Source: Azolla caroliniana
Taxonomy: Eukaryota > Plantae > Polypodiophyta
Direction of reading: 5' to 3'
Assembly (NCBI GenBank): GCA_043228905.1
Contig: JBHGNT010000006.1
Coordinates: 21,390,001-21,454,000, forward strand
DNA: 64,000 bases
Shown one piece after another: positions 37,695-48,763 of this stretch. The translations under genes were made by a program, and so were the position numbers. The notes below the pieces were generated by a model. The model worked only from the letters and a program-made list of their open reading frames with translations. It was not told the DNA's origin and searched no databases. Numbering within the stretch: the stretch's first letter is position 1; every line of letters starts with the position of its first letter.

Positions 37695-40600
37695 TTTGTA
37701 GTAGTTACACACAATAACTCTATTCAATGATAATGACAACAACCTTCTCTGTTTGCCCTAGGTCATATTTATACTAATATGATATTCGGGCTATTTACAA
37801 ATATAACCCTCAATGGGCTAACAGAAACATATTTACATATATGTCCCTTCATCTGGTGAGAGGTTCTCACCGAGCCTACATCATTCGGTTCTCACCGGGT
37901 CTTCCTTGCCGGGTACACATCATCTGGCTCTCACCGGGCCTTCATCATCCCATCCGAAGGGACTGAAATGCTAACAAACTCCCCCTTCACTCCGGCATGG
38001 GATGTCTAGTTAGTCCAATTCGCTTCTGGCATGCGTCCAATTTGTCAGGTGTTAGCACTTTGGTCAGCATATCTGACCCGTTCCCCTCCGTGTGGATTTT
38101 CGTCAGCACGAACTCTCGATCTTCTACTCGCTCCCAGATCCAGTGGTACCTACATTGGATGTGCTTTGTCCTAGAATGATATGTCGCGTTCTTCGCAAGG
38201 TGGATGGCCCTTTGACTGTCGTAGTAGAGTCGGTATTCCTCTTGCCAGATCCCTAGCTCTCCAATGAAGTCCTTCATCCACAGTATTTCCTTGCCAGCTT
38301 CCACAACTGCGATGTACTCCGCTTCCGTGGTTGACAACGCAACCGTCTTCTGTAGCCTCGACTTCCACGAACAGCTCCCCCTGCATATTTCAAGACATAT
38401 CCCGATGTTGACCGGCTGGTATCCGCATCGGCCGACATGTCCGAATCGGTGAAACCATCAAGTTGGGGTTTACCGGAGCTGAATCGGAGACACATACTTG
38501 AGGTGCCTTTCAAGTACTGGAGTATCCATTTTACCGCATTCCAGTGCTCCTTGCCGGGGTTGCTCATAAACCGGCTCACCACTCCAACTGTGTATCCGAT
38601 ATCCAGTTGGGCACACACCATTGCGTACATTAAGCTCCTGACAGCAGAGGCATATGGTATCTTCATCATATCCGCATTCTCTGCCTTTGTCTTCAGGCTT
38701 TGCTCACTGGATAACCTGCAATTTTCTGGGAGTGTCGAACCGACCGGTTTCGCATCTGACATGTTGAACCGCTAAAGCACCTTTGTCACGTATTTCTCCT
38801 GTGACAGCCACAATTGCTTCTTTGACCGGTCCCGGATGATATGCATCCCCAGTATCTGTCTTGCCGGACCCAAGTCTTTCATTGAGAAGGTCTGGTTCAG
38901 AGCCTTCTTCAGCATCTGTATCTTGACTTGGTCTCGTATGACGATCAACATGTCATCCACGTATAGGAGGAGTATCAAGAAGTCTCCACCTTCGAACTTC
39001 TTTACAAATATGCAGTGATCGGCCTACGTCTTGTGGCACCCTTGTTCGGTCATGAAGGAGTCGAACTTTCGGTATCATTGTCGGGGAGCCTACTTCAAAC
39101 CGTAGAGGCTCTTCTTCAACAGGCAAACCAAGTGCTCCTTCCCTTTCTTCACAAATCCTTTTGGTTGCTGCATGTAGATATCCTCTTCAAGGTCACCGTG
39201 AAGGAACGCCATCTTCACGTCTAACTGCTCTACCTTGAGATCCATGCTTACCACTATGCTCAGCACCGTCCGGATCCATGCTTACCACTACCGGGGCAAA
39301 TATCTCGTCGAAGTCCACGCCCTTCTTCTGCTAGAACCCCCTCACCACGATCCTAGATTTGTACCTTGGGGGGTTGCCAGCATCTCCCGGTTTCAACTTG
39401 TACACCCACTGATTCCGGATTTCCGCTTTCCTTTTGGCAACTCCATTAGTTCGTACGTGTGGTTCTCATGCAGGGAATCCATCTTGTCCTACATGGCACT
39501 TAACCACTTGCAACTATGGGTGTCCTCCCTCGCTTCTTCGAAGCTTTCCGGCTACCCCTCATCAGTTAGCAACACGCGCTCTACATCTAGAAATCTCCGG
39601 GGGGCCCTTCACTCTTTGAGAGGATATCTGTGTCCTTGGCTTTCGGCAACCGGCTCCTCTGTTTGTTCTTCATGTGAATCCGATTCGGGATCTTGGCTGG
39701 TTCAGGTTTCTGCGTCTTCTTCTTCTTCTTTGGTTGGTTCGTTTTCCTCTCTGTAACCGGCCGGTTCTTCCAGTGTCAACCGGCTCGTAGCCGGGTAGGT
39801 CTGTATCTCATCAAACCGATCCTTACCAGTCGACTCAGAGTTCATTATCTTCTTCTCCGACTCCCAATTGGAAAGGGTCTTGTCCTCCATGAGGATAATA
39901 TCTCGACTCCGGAAAACCTTCTTGTCGACCGGATTCCACACTCGGTAGCCAAACTAATCATCGCCGTATCCGAGGAATATGCAAGGCCGGGACTTTGGAT
40001 CCAACTTTTCTCTCCGTTCCTTTGCAACATGGACGTAAGCGAGACACCCGAACACCTTCAGATGTCGGTAAGACACTTCCTTACCGGTCCACACTCTCTG
40101 CGGCATGTCTCCGTCCAAGGGCACTAAGGGTGATATGTTTATCACATACGTTGTTGTTGACAATGCCTCAACCCAAAACGTCTTGGGTAGCTTACCATGT
40201 GCTAGCATACTCCGAACCCTCTCCATTATGGTTCGGTTCATCCTCTCGGCCAGCCCGTTTAGTTCCAGTGTCTTCGGCACGGTAAATTCGAGCCGGAATC
40301 CCTTCGAGCGGCAATACTCCTCGAACTGCCCCCAGTATTCTCCTCCGTTATCTACTCGAACCGTCTTCAGCTTCTGGCCGATTTCTCTTTCCACTCTCGC
40401 GTGGAGTTTCTTGAAGACAGATAACACCTGATCCTTCATCTTCAGCGGTGTGGCCCACAGTTTCTAGCTGTGGTCATCTATGGACATCACGAAGTACTGT
40501 GATCTGGCATGTGACTTCGTGTCCACTTGACACAAATCAGTATGCACCAACTCCAGTGGTGCATTATGTCTCATCGGTGGCCTTGATCAGAAGGAGGTCT

Positions 40601-42319
40601 GGTTCTGCTTACCAGCCAAGTAGTCGGTACACTTCTCAAGATGCACGTCCTTCACTCGAATGAGGTTGTCATCGGCAAGCCTCCTCATCCCCTTCTCACT
40701 CATGTGACACAGTCTCTTGTGCCACAGCTCAAGGGCTGTGTCGAAAGCAACGCTCACTTCTTCCGGAATTAACAGGGCATTCATCAGGTACAGTGTATTG
40801 ACCTTCCGGGCCCGAGCCACTATCAAGCTCCCCTTGCTAAACTTCATGACACCGTTCCGGATGCTACCCGTGTAGCCTTCATCATCTAGCCGACCGGCTG
40901 ATATCAGGTTCAGTCGAACCTCCTGAATGTGTCGGACATCCTTCAACAACAACTTGCATCCGGTTGATGTCATGAACAACACATCTCCTATGCCGATTAT
41001 TCGGCATGTCCCTTCATTCTCCATCTAAACACAACCGTCCTCACTGGCTGTGTAGGATGAGAAGCATTTCCGGTCCGGGGTAAGATGGAATGATGCTCCC
41101 GAATCAACAACCCACGTTGTCTCATCGCCGGCAAGGTGCAACTCACTCTCCTCGGTGATGAGCATCAACTCCTCTTCACTTGCCGCGATTGTCGTCGTTC
41201 CCTTCTGGTCCGGTGACCACTTCGAATCAGTACTGTCGGTTCCTTTGTCTTTTTGGAAGTGGCGACAGTTCTTCTAGAAGTGTCCCGGCTTGCCGCAACA
41301 GAAGCAAGTAGGCCTCCCCCTTGACTTTGACTGTGTCCCCGACTTTTCCTGGTTTTGGGGACTCCGATTCCTTTGTCTTCCGCGTTCTGATTCGATAAGG
41401 AGCGCTTTGGAGTCGGAGCTCGTATCCTTGTCTTTCCGACATGCCTCCTCATCTAGCAAGCTCGACTTGACTCTTGCTAGGGATAGTTGTTTTCCTTTCG
41501 GCCCAGCGTTGCCCAAACTGACAACTAACATCTCCCAGTTATCTGGGAGGGAACCGAGCACGAGCAATGCTAGTAACTCATCGGCGAGAGGTACTTCCAA
41601 CGATGTTGCCTGGTGAATTAGCCCCTGGAAGGCATTCATGTGCTCCGCCATGCTGGAGCCATCTTGGTACCAGAGTCTTACTAGCTTCCGGAATACCGAA
41701 ACCCAATTAACAACATTTTTGTTCTGAAACATAATGTCGATCTTCTCCTAGAGCTCATAAGCCTTGCTCTCCTCATTAAAGTTGTTGTACAGGCTCATGT
41801 CGATGAAGCACCGGATGTAAGCCGTTGTCTTCATGTGCATCACCTCCCACACCATGGCGTCAATCTTGTTTGGTCTCTTGTCCCTAAACTGAACCGGCAA
41901 CCAGAGATCTTTGACCACGAGCAAGTCCCTCACCTTCGACTTCCACACTGAGTAGTTGGAGCCGGTGAGCTTGAACATGCCATGCCTCCCAACAAATCTT
42001 CCATTTTCTGTGTCATTTCGCTCTGATACCAGATTGACACAAAATATGCGGAATATTACTGGTCCACAACCGAGTCTCAGATCGTGTCGTTTCGAATCGA
42101 ACACCGAGAATGGGAATGGAGGTGAATACACATACACACAGATAATATGAGAGAGGGTACACAGTATGTTTACGTGGAAAACCCTAAATGGCAAAAACCG
42201 CAGGAGTCCACAAACTCCAACTATCACTATGTAAGAGGAATACAACCGAGGAACAAAGAGACAACGACCTCTTTCTCTCAATCTTTGTTTGGCGGCAGTT
42301 ACAACAGAGACTCGCTCTG

Positions 42320-42359
<40 letters not shown>

Positions 42360-42605
42360 TAGTAGTTACACACAATAACTCTATTCAATGATAATGACAA
42401 CAATCTTCTCTGTTTGCCCTAGGTCATATTTATACTAATATGATATTCGGGCTATTTAGAAATATAGCCCCCAATGGGCAAATAAAAACATATTTACATA
42501 TATGTCCCTTCATCCGGTTCTCACCGGGTCTTCCTTGTCGGGTACACATCATCCGGTTCTCACCGGGCCTTCATCATCCCATCTAGAGGGACCGAAATCC
42601 TAACA
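37374..42605 (-). mobile_element. full-length but degenerate copia family A element (3' LTR 37374-37976, 5' LTR 42035-42605)
   Basis: PBS 42020-42031; PPT next to 37977; gag-PR-INT-RT-RH with many stops; TSD ATGCG/ACACG; empty site GGGCTCACACGGACAAC at about 11640. Confidence 0.93.
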
Positions 42606-44094
42606 ACACGGACAACATGATTGCTCGATCATTTTGTGAAAAGGAGAGGTGCATGGCCAAGCAAGATTTACACACAAGATAAGATACAAAAGTTTGAATT
42701 CCTTTGTGAAAGGAGAAGTGCATAAGCAAGCATGTGTCACAAAAATGACAGCAATAATGCAAGATTCGAACTGTTGACCTCTTATATTATTATAGGTTAT
42801 CTATTCAATTTCTAGGAGTTTTTAGAAAGTTCTAGAACTAGAAGATCTAGGGAATACAATATCAATACTCAGCTCACAATATCAATACTTGTAACCTCCG
42901 TGGTCCCTTTCAAGGGATTCAACGCCAGTCATTGACACATCAATTCAGTATTCTCCTTTAATGCCATATTGTCTCCTTGATCTTCATATTTTTCTTCATG
43001 CTCTCTAGTTAACCTTAGATTCCTATGTTCATAGTTTTATCGCTCACAGGTTCAAGAGTTCCTAACCTTGTCACTTCCGGTTCCACTTATCGCTCATAGC
43101 CTCGTCATCCATGCTCCATCGTAGTCCATGGTTGGTGTGTTCGTGACAGCCTAAACGCCCCCTCGTCACAAGACTAGCAAACACACAAGCAAGAGTTCCA
43201 CACAAGACATGTAGGTCAAGCAAACATTACTTAATTACAAAATAAGATATTCTTTTATAAAAATAAGAATCAACTTACAATGGGTTTTTTGATAAACGAA
43301 ATAATTTCTCAAGGAAGAGGGAAGAGAGATGGAGAAAAGATGCGAGTGGAGTATAGAAGAGAACGGTGACCCTTGTTTGATGTTGCCTCTTGATGTTAAT
43401 GATTCCTCTTCTTTCTTCTTCCAATTATGTAGAGCTTCCACGTCACTTCTCCCTCTGCCCCTGCTTCTTAAGAATAAGATCTAAAAAAGAAGTCTTGTCT
43501 ATGTGAGGTGGTTTTTCTTTTTGTGACTATTTCTGTTCTCTTCGTGTTAGCTTTCTTATGCATGTTTTCTTTTCTAGTTTGGATATCGGACAAAGAATTT
43601 ATGAGCTTTTTTCTCTACATAGCTCTTTATATCCACACCATGTTTTTATTATCAACTTTTTGTACTTATGAAAACCACCTCTAACTTTATATTAATCATT
43701 TATTACTAGATTCAATCCCTTTACTTGTCCTTCTTAAGGCATGCTCTGTTACTAACAAAGTTGTGCACAATATTATTATTTTATTTCTTTTCGAGGGTGG
43801 TTTCACATCATGTGTTGAAATCATCACGACATTGCCAATAACCAGATCATCCACGTAGAGGATGATAAAAATAGGGCTTCCAAAATCTCTTCTTACATAG
43901 AGAATTGTAGGGTTTTGAGACTTTGAAGCCAATTCAATCAAGATACTGTGTTTTCTTCGAGTGCCATGTATGCTTGTTTGAGGCCATAGAGAGGCTTCTT
44001 GAGTCTGCATACCGCATGTGGGTGAGTACTCGATTCCAATCTGTTAGGATTACGGTCCCTCCGGATGGGATGGTCGGATGTCCGGGAATCGGGA

Positions 44095-44179
44095 ACGAAG
44101 ACCCGGTTCCGGAGCCGGATGACGAAGACCCCGGCTACGGAGCCGGATGACGAAGACCCCGGCTACGGAGCCGGATGAA
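44095..44179 (+). repeat. 28-bp tandem repeat (about 3 copies) in U3, also present in the 3' LTR
   Basis: CGGAGCCGGATGACGAAGACCCCGGCTA repeated. Confidence 0.9.
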
Positions 44180-44689
44180 GTATGTACCCGGAGAGAGATC
44201 CGGATGCGGGGACATATTTGTGATTATGTTTTGCCAAGGGCCCTTGAGGCTATATTTGTAAATAGCCCGAAAGTCATATGTGTATAAATATGACTTAGGG
44301 CAAACAGTTTTAATGTTGTTGCTCATTTTCTGTTTTCCACTTAGAGGGAGCGAAGTGAGAGCAGCCGAGAGAGAGAGAGAGAGAGAAAGGAAGAGGTCGA
44401 CGCCTCTGTGTAATACCGCCGTCTGTGGCGAGGACAGCGAGCTCAAGGTCGTCGCCTTGCAGCTCGCCATTGTACATTCCCTGCGTATAGTGATAGTTGG
44501 AGTCTTGCACTCCCGTGGTTTTTCCCGCTTAGGGTTTTCCACGCTAAACCCTGTGCATTCGAGTCTCTCTCTGTGTTTTGGATTTACTGCTGCACTGACT
44601 CGTGTTTCCTCGGTTGTGGCCGAGAGGAGAAGGTTTGGAAAGCGTCAATTTTTCAACAATCTGGTATCAGAGCGACTGTAGTGCAGAAA

Positions 44690-45541
44690 ATGGAAGGCGG
44701 CAGCAGTGGGCAGCCGGGGATGATGGTGCTGAATGCGCAGAACTACGCCGACTGGAAGATAAAGATGGAGGATCTGCTCATTGTTCGGGACCTGTATGAA
44801 CCGATCGACAGGTCGGAAATACCCAAGGGGGTACTTGAGACAGAATGGAGGCATCTGAACCGGAAAGCCGTTGCAACCATTCGGCAATACGTCGACGTGA
44901 GCATCCTACAACATGTGGCGAACGACACCAACGCATATGAGATGTGGCGGAAGTTGTCGGGCCTCTACGAGAGGAAGAATGCGTTGAACCGGACCTCCCT
45001 GATGAGGAAGATAGTGAATCTCAAGTACCGGGACGGCGAGAGTATGGTGGAACACGTAAGCACGTTCATGGGATTCGTGAACCACCTTGCGGCGATCAAG
45101 TTCCCGTTGGAGGATGCAATGCAAGCCATCATCCTGATGTGTACATTGCCGGAAAGCTGGGAGAACTTGGTGGTAACTCTCAGCACCTCCTGCACCGAAG
45201 ATAACTTGTCCCTACAAACGGTAAAGACAAGTATTTTGAACGAAGAAGCGCGTCGGAGAGATAAAGAACCGGCCTCCGATCCGAAGATGCTGCTTACCGA
45301 ATCGGATCGGGGAAGACAACGGAACCGGAGTCCGCAAAGACGGGAGAAGTCGGGGACCCGGTCGCAGTCAAGAGGAAGGCCCACATGCTTCCACTGTGGG
45401 AAGCCGGGGCACTTCCGGAAGAATTGTCGGCATTACCGAAAAGACAACGGAGCCGACGACACCGATTCGAAGAAGTCACCGGAGCGAAACGACGCATACC
45501 GGGGAGCCACGGACCGGAGAGGTCCGGATCGGCGAGGGTAG
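44690..45541 (+). CDS. gag: Gag (copia) with CCHC zinc knuckle
   Basis: ATG 16 nt after the PBS; NYADWKIKMEDLL, LPESWENLVV, CFHCGKPGHFRKNC; ends at TAG 45539-45541. Confidence 0.93.
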   Translation: MEGGSSGQPGMMVLNAQNYADWKIKMEDLLIVRDLYEPIDRSEIPKGVLETEWRHLNRKAVATIRQYVDVSILQHVANDTNAYEMWRKLSGLYERKNALNRTSLMRKIVNLKYRDGESMVEHVSTFMGFVNHLAAIKFPLEDAMQAIILMCTLPESWENLVVTLSTSCTEDNLSLQTVKTSILNEEARRRDKEPASDPKMLLTESDRGRQRNRSPQRREKSGTRSQSRGRPTCFHCGKPGHFRKNCRHYRKDNGADDTDSKKSPERNDAYRGATDRRGPDRRG

Positions 45542-48500
45542 GACCGGAAAGGAACGACGGCACTCGCGGCAAGTGAAGAGGAGTTAATGCTCATTACCGA
45601 AGAGAGGGAGCTGAACCTTGCCAGTGAAGAGATGACCTGGGTGGTCGATTCCGGAGCGTCGTTCCACCTGACCCCGGAGAAGAAATACTTCTCATCCTAC
45701 ACAGCCGGTGAGCACGGCTGTGTCCGGATGGGAAATGAAGGTACATGCCGGATTGCCGGCATAGGAGACGTGTGGCTGATGACATCAACCGGATGCAAGA
45801 TGCTGCTGAAGGATGTTCGACACGTTCCGGAGGTTCGATTGAACCTGATTTCGGCCAGGAGGCTAGACGATGAAGGCTACACGGGTAGCATCCGGAACGG
45901 TGTCATGAAGTTCAGCAAAGGGAGCCTGATAGTGGCTCGGGCCCGGAAGGTCAACACACTGTACCTGATGAATTCCTGGCTATGTCCGGAGGAGCTGAAC
46001 GTGGCAACTGACACTACCGGTGAGCTGTGGCACAAGAGGCTGTGCCACATGAGCGAGAAGGGGATGAAGAGGCTTGCAGAAGACAACCTTATTCCAGTGA
46101 AGCATGTGCATCTGGAGAAGTGCACCGATTGCCTGGCCGGTAAGCAGAACCGAGCCTCCTTCCACTCAAGGCCACCGACGAGACGTAGCGCACCATTGGA
46201 GTTGGTGCACACTGACCTGTGTCAAGTAGAAACGAAGTCACATGGCGGAGCCCAGTACTTCGTGACATTCATTGATGACCACAGCCGGAAGCTGTGGACG
46301 GCACCGTTGAAGACAAAGGACCAAGTGTTGTGCGTCTTCAAAGAACTCCATGCGAGAGTGGAAAGGGAATCCGGCAAGAAGCTGAAAGCGATACGAGCGG
46401 ATAACAGAGGGGAATACCGGGGGCAGTTCGCGGAGTACTGTCGCTCGAAGGGAATCCGGCTTGAGTTTACTGTGCCGAAGACGCCGGAACTGAACGGGCT
46501 GGCCGAGAGGATGAACTGGACCATAATGGAGAGGGTCCGGAGTATGCTGGCGCATGCGAAATTACCCAAGGGGTTTTGGGCTGAGGCAATGTCGACAGCG
46601 ACATACGTGATAAACAGATCACCCTCAGTACCTTTGGACGGAGACACGCCACAGAGAGTGTGGACCGGTAGGGAAGTATCCTACCGGCATCTGAAGGTGT
46701 TCGGGTGTCTCGCATATGTGCATGTGGCAAAGGACCGGAGAGGAAAGCTAGACCCAAAGACCCGGCCATGCATATTCCTCGGTTACGGCGACGACGAGTT
46801 CGGCTACCGAGTATGGGACCCGGTCGACAAGAAGATATTCAGGAGTCGAGATATCATCTTCATGGAGGACAAGACACTCGCCGACTGGGAGTCGGAGAAG
46901 AAGATGAAGAGCTCCAAGTCGACCGGTGAGGATAAACTCTACGAAGAGCAGTCCCGACCGGCAAGGGACCGGTTAGCACTCGAGGATCCGGCCGAAGACG
47001 GTGAAGAAACAGAACCGGCCGAGGAAGATGAAACTGATACCGGAACTGGCCCCGATCCCGAAATGGATTCGGATGAAGAGGAAACGGAGGAGCCGGTTAC
47101 CGAAGCTCCGGAACGGAGATATCCTCTAAGAGAGAGAAGGGCCCCCCGGAGATTTCCGGAACCAGAGCACGTGCTGCTAACCGACGAGGGGGAGCCGGAG
47201 AGTTTTGAAGAAGCAAAGCTTGACACCCATAGCCGCAGGTGGTTAAGTGCCATGCAGGAGGAGATGGATTCCCTGCATGAGAACCACACATATGAACTTG
47301 TGGAGTTGCCGAAAGGAAAGCGGGCACTTCGAAACAAGTGGGTGTTCAAGCTGAAACCGGGAGATGCCGGAAACCCCCGGAGATACAAAGCCAGGATCGT
47401 GGTGAAGGGGTTCCAACAGAAGAAGGGCGTCGACTTCGACGAGATATTTGCCCCGGTAGTGAAGATGACCTCCATCCGGACGGTGCTGAGCATAGCGGCA
47501 AGCATGGACCTCGAGGTAGAACAGATGGACGTGAAGACGGCATTCCTTCACGGTGACCTCGAAGAAGAGATCTACATGCAGCAACCGGAAGGATTCGAGA
47601 AGAAAGGGAAGGAGCACCTGGTATGCCGGTTGAAGAAGAGCCTTTACGGACTGAAGCAGGCTCCCCGGCAATGGTACCGGAAGTTCGACTCTTTCATGAC
47701 CGACGAAGGGTACCACAAAACGCAGTCCGATCACTGCGTGTTTGTGAAGAAGTTCGAAGGAGGAGACTTTCTAATACTCCTCCTGTACGTGGACGACATG
47801 TTGATCGTCGGACGGGACCAGGTCAAGATACGGACGCTGAAGAGAGCGCTTCACCGAACCTTCTCAATGAAGGACCTGGGTCCGGCGAGGCAAATACTAG
47901 GGATGCACATCATCCGGGATCGGAAGAAGAAGCAGTTATGGCTGTCACAGGAGAAGTACGTGACAAAGGTGCTTCACCGGTTCAACATGTCGGAAGCAAG
48001 ACCGGTCGGTTCAACCCTCCCGGCAAACTGCAAGTTGTCCAGCAAGCAAAGCCCCAAGACAAGGGCTGAGAAGGAGGACATGATGAAAGTACCATATGCC
48101 TCTGCCGTCGGAAGCTTGATGTACGCAATGGTGTGTACAAGACCGGACATAGGATATGCAGTCGGAGTGGTGAGCCGGTACATGAGCAATCCCGGCAAAG
48201 AACACTGGAACGCGGCCAAGTGGATACTCCGATACCTGAAGCGCACGGCAAACGTGTGCCTCCGATTCGGCTCCGGTAAGCCCGAACTCGACGGCTTTAC
48301 CGATTCGGATATGTCGGCTCATGCAGATACCAGCCGGTCCACATCAGGGTATGTGATGACGTATGCAGGGGGAGCTATTTCGTGGCAGTCGAGGCTGCAG
48401 AAGACGGTTGCATTGTCAACCACGGAGGCGGAGTACATGGCGGCTGTTGAAGCCGGCAAGGAAATGATATGGATGAAGGACTTCATTAGAGAGCTCGGTA

Positions 48501-48763
48501 TCCGGCAGGAGGAGTACCGACTCTACTGCGACAGTCAGAGTGCCATCCACCTTGCGAAGAACGCGGCCTATCACTCCCGGACGAAGCACATCCAGCGAAG
48601 ATATCACTGGATCCGGGAAAGGATAGAAGACCAGGAGTTCGTGCTGACGAAGATCCACACGGACGAGAACGGGTCAGATATGCTGACCAAAGTGCTCACA
48701 CCCGACAAGCTGGAAGCGTGCCGGAAGAGGGTCGGACTGGAAAGACATCCCATGCCGAAGTGA
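45542..48763 (+). CDS. pol: Pol polyprotein PR-INT-RT-RH, in frame with gag (first ATG 45587)
   Basis: Open frame; WVVDSGASFH, WHKRLCH..CTDC, VHTDLC, YVDDMLIVG, ALSTTEAEY, SRTKHIQRRYH. Confidence 0.95.
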   Translation, partial: DRKGTTALAASEEELMLITEERELNLASEEMTWVVDSGASFHLTPEKKYFSSYTAGEHGCVRMGNEGTCRIAGIGDVWLMTSTGCKMLLKDVRHVPEVRLNLISARRLDDEGYTGSIRNGVMKFSKGSLIVARARKVNTLYLMNSWLCPEELNVATDTTGELWHKRLCHMSEKGMKRLAEDNLIPVKHVHLEKCTDCLAGKQNRASFHSRPPTRRSAPLELVHTDLCQVETKSHGGAQYFVTFIDDHSRKLWTAPLKTKDQVLCVFKELHARVERESGKKLKAIRADNRGEYRGQFAEYCRSKGIRLEFTVPKTPELNGLAERMNWTIMERVRSMLAHAKLPKGFWAEAMSTATYVINRSPSVPLDGDTPQRVWTGREVSYRHLKVFGCLAYVHVAKDRRGKLDPKTRPCIFLGYGDDEFGYRVWDPVDKKIFRSRDIIFMEDKTLADWESEKKMKSSKSTGEDKLYEEQSRPARDRLALEDPAEDGEETEPAEEDETDTGTGPDPEMDSDEEETEEPVTEAPERRYPLRERRAPRRFPEPEHVLLTDEGEPESFEEAKLDTHSRRWLSAMQEEMDSLHENHTYELVELPKGKRALRNKWVFKLKPGDAGNPRRYKARIVVKGFQQKKGVDFDEIFAPVVKMTSIRTVLSIAASMDLEVEQMDVKTAFLHGDLEEEIYMQQPEGFEKKGKEHLVCRLKKSLYGLKQAPRQWYRKFDSFMTDEGYHKTQSDHCVFVKKFEGGDFLILLLYVDDMLIVGRDQVKIRTLKRALHRTFSMKDLGPARQILGMHIIRDRKKKQLWLSQEKYVTKVLHRFNMSEARPVGSTLPANCKLSSKQSPKTRAEKEDMMKVPYASAVGSLMYAMVCTRPDIGYAVGVVSRYMSNPGKEHWNAAKWILRYLKRTANVCLRFGSGKPELDGFTDSDMSAHADTSRSTSGYVMTYAGGAISWQSRLQKTVALSTTEAEYMAAVEAGKEMIWMKDFIRELGIRQEEYRLYCDSQSAIHLAKNAAYHSRTKHIQRRYHWIRERIEDQEFVLTKIHTDENGSDMLTKVLTPDKLEACRKRVGLERHPMPK

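Noticed and set aside
44135-44681. 135-aa and 133-aa ORFs recurring at 48867 and 49012
   Set aside because: They recur only because they lie in the two LTRs and cross a GA microsatellite; the same applies to most short antisense ORFs in the track.
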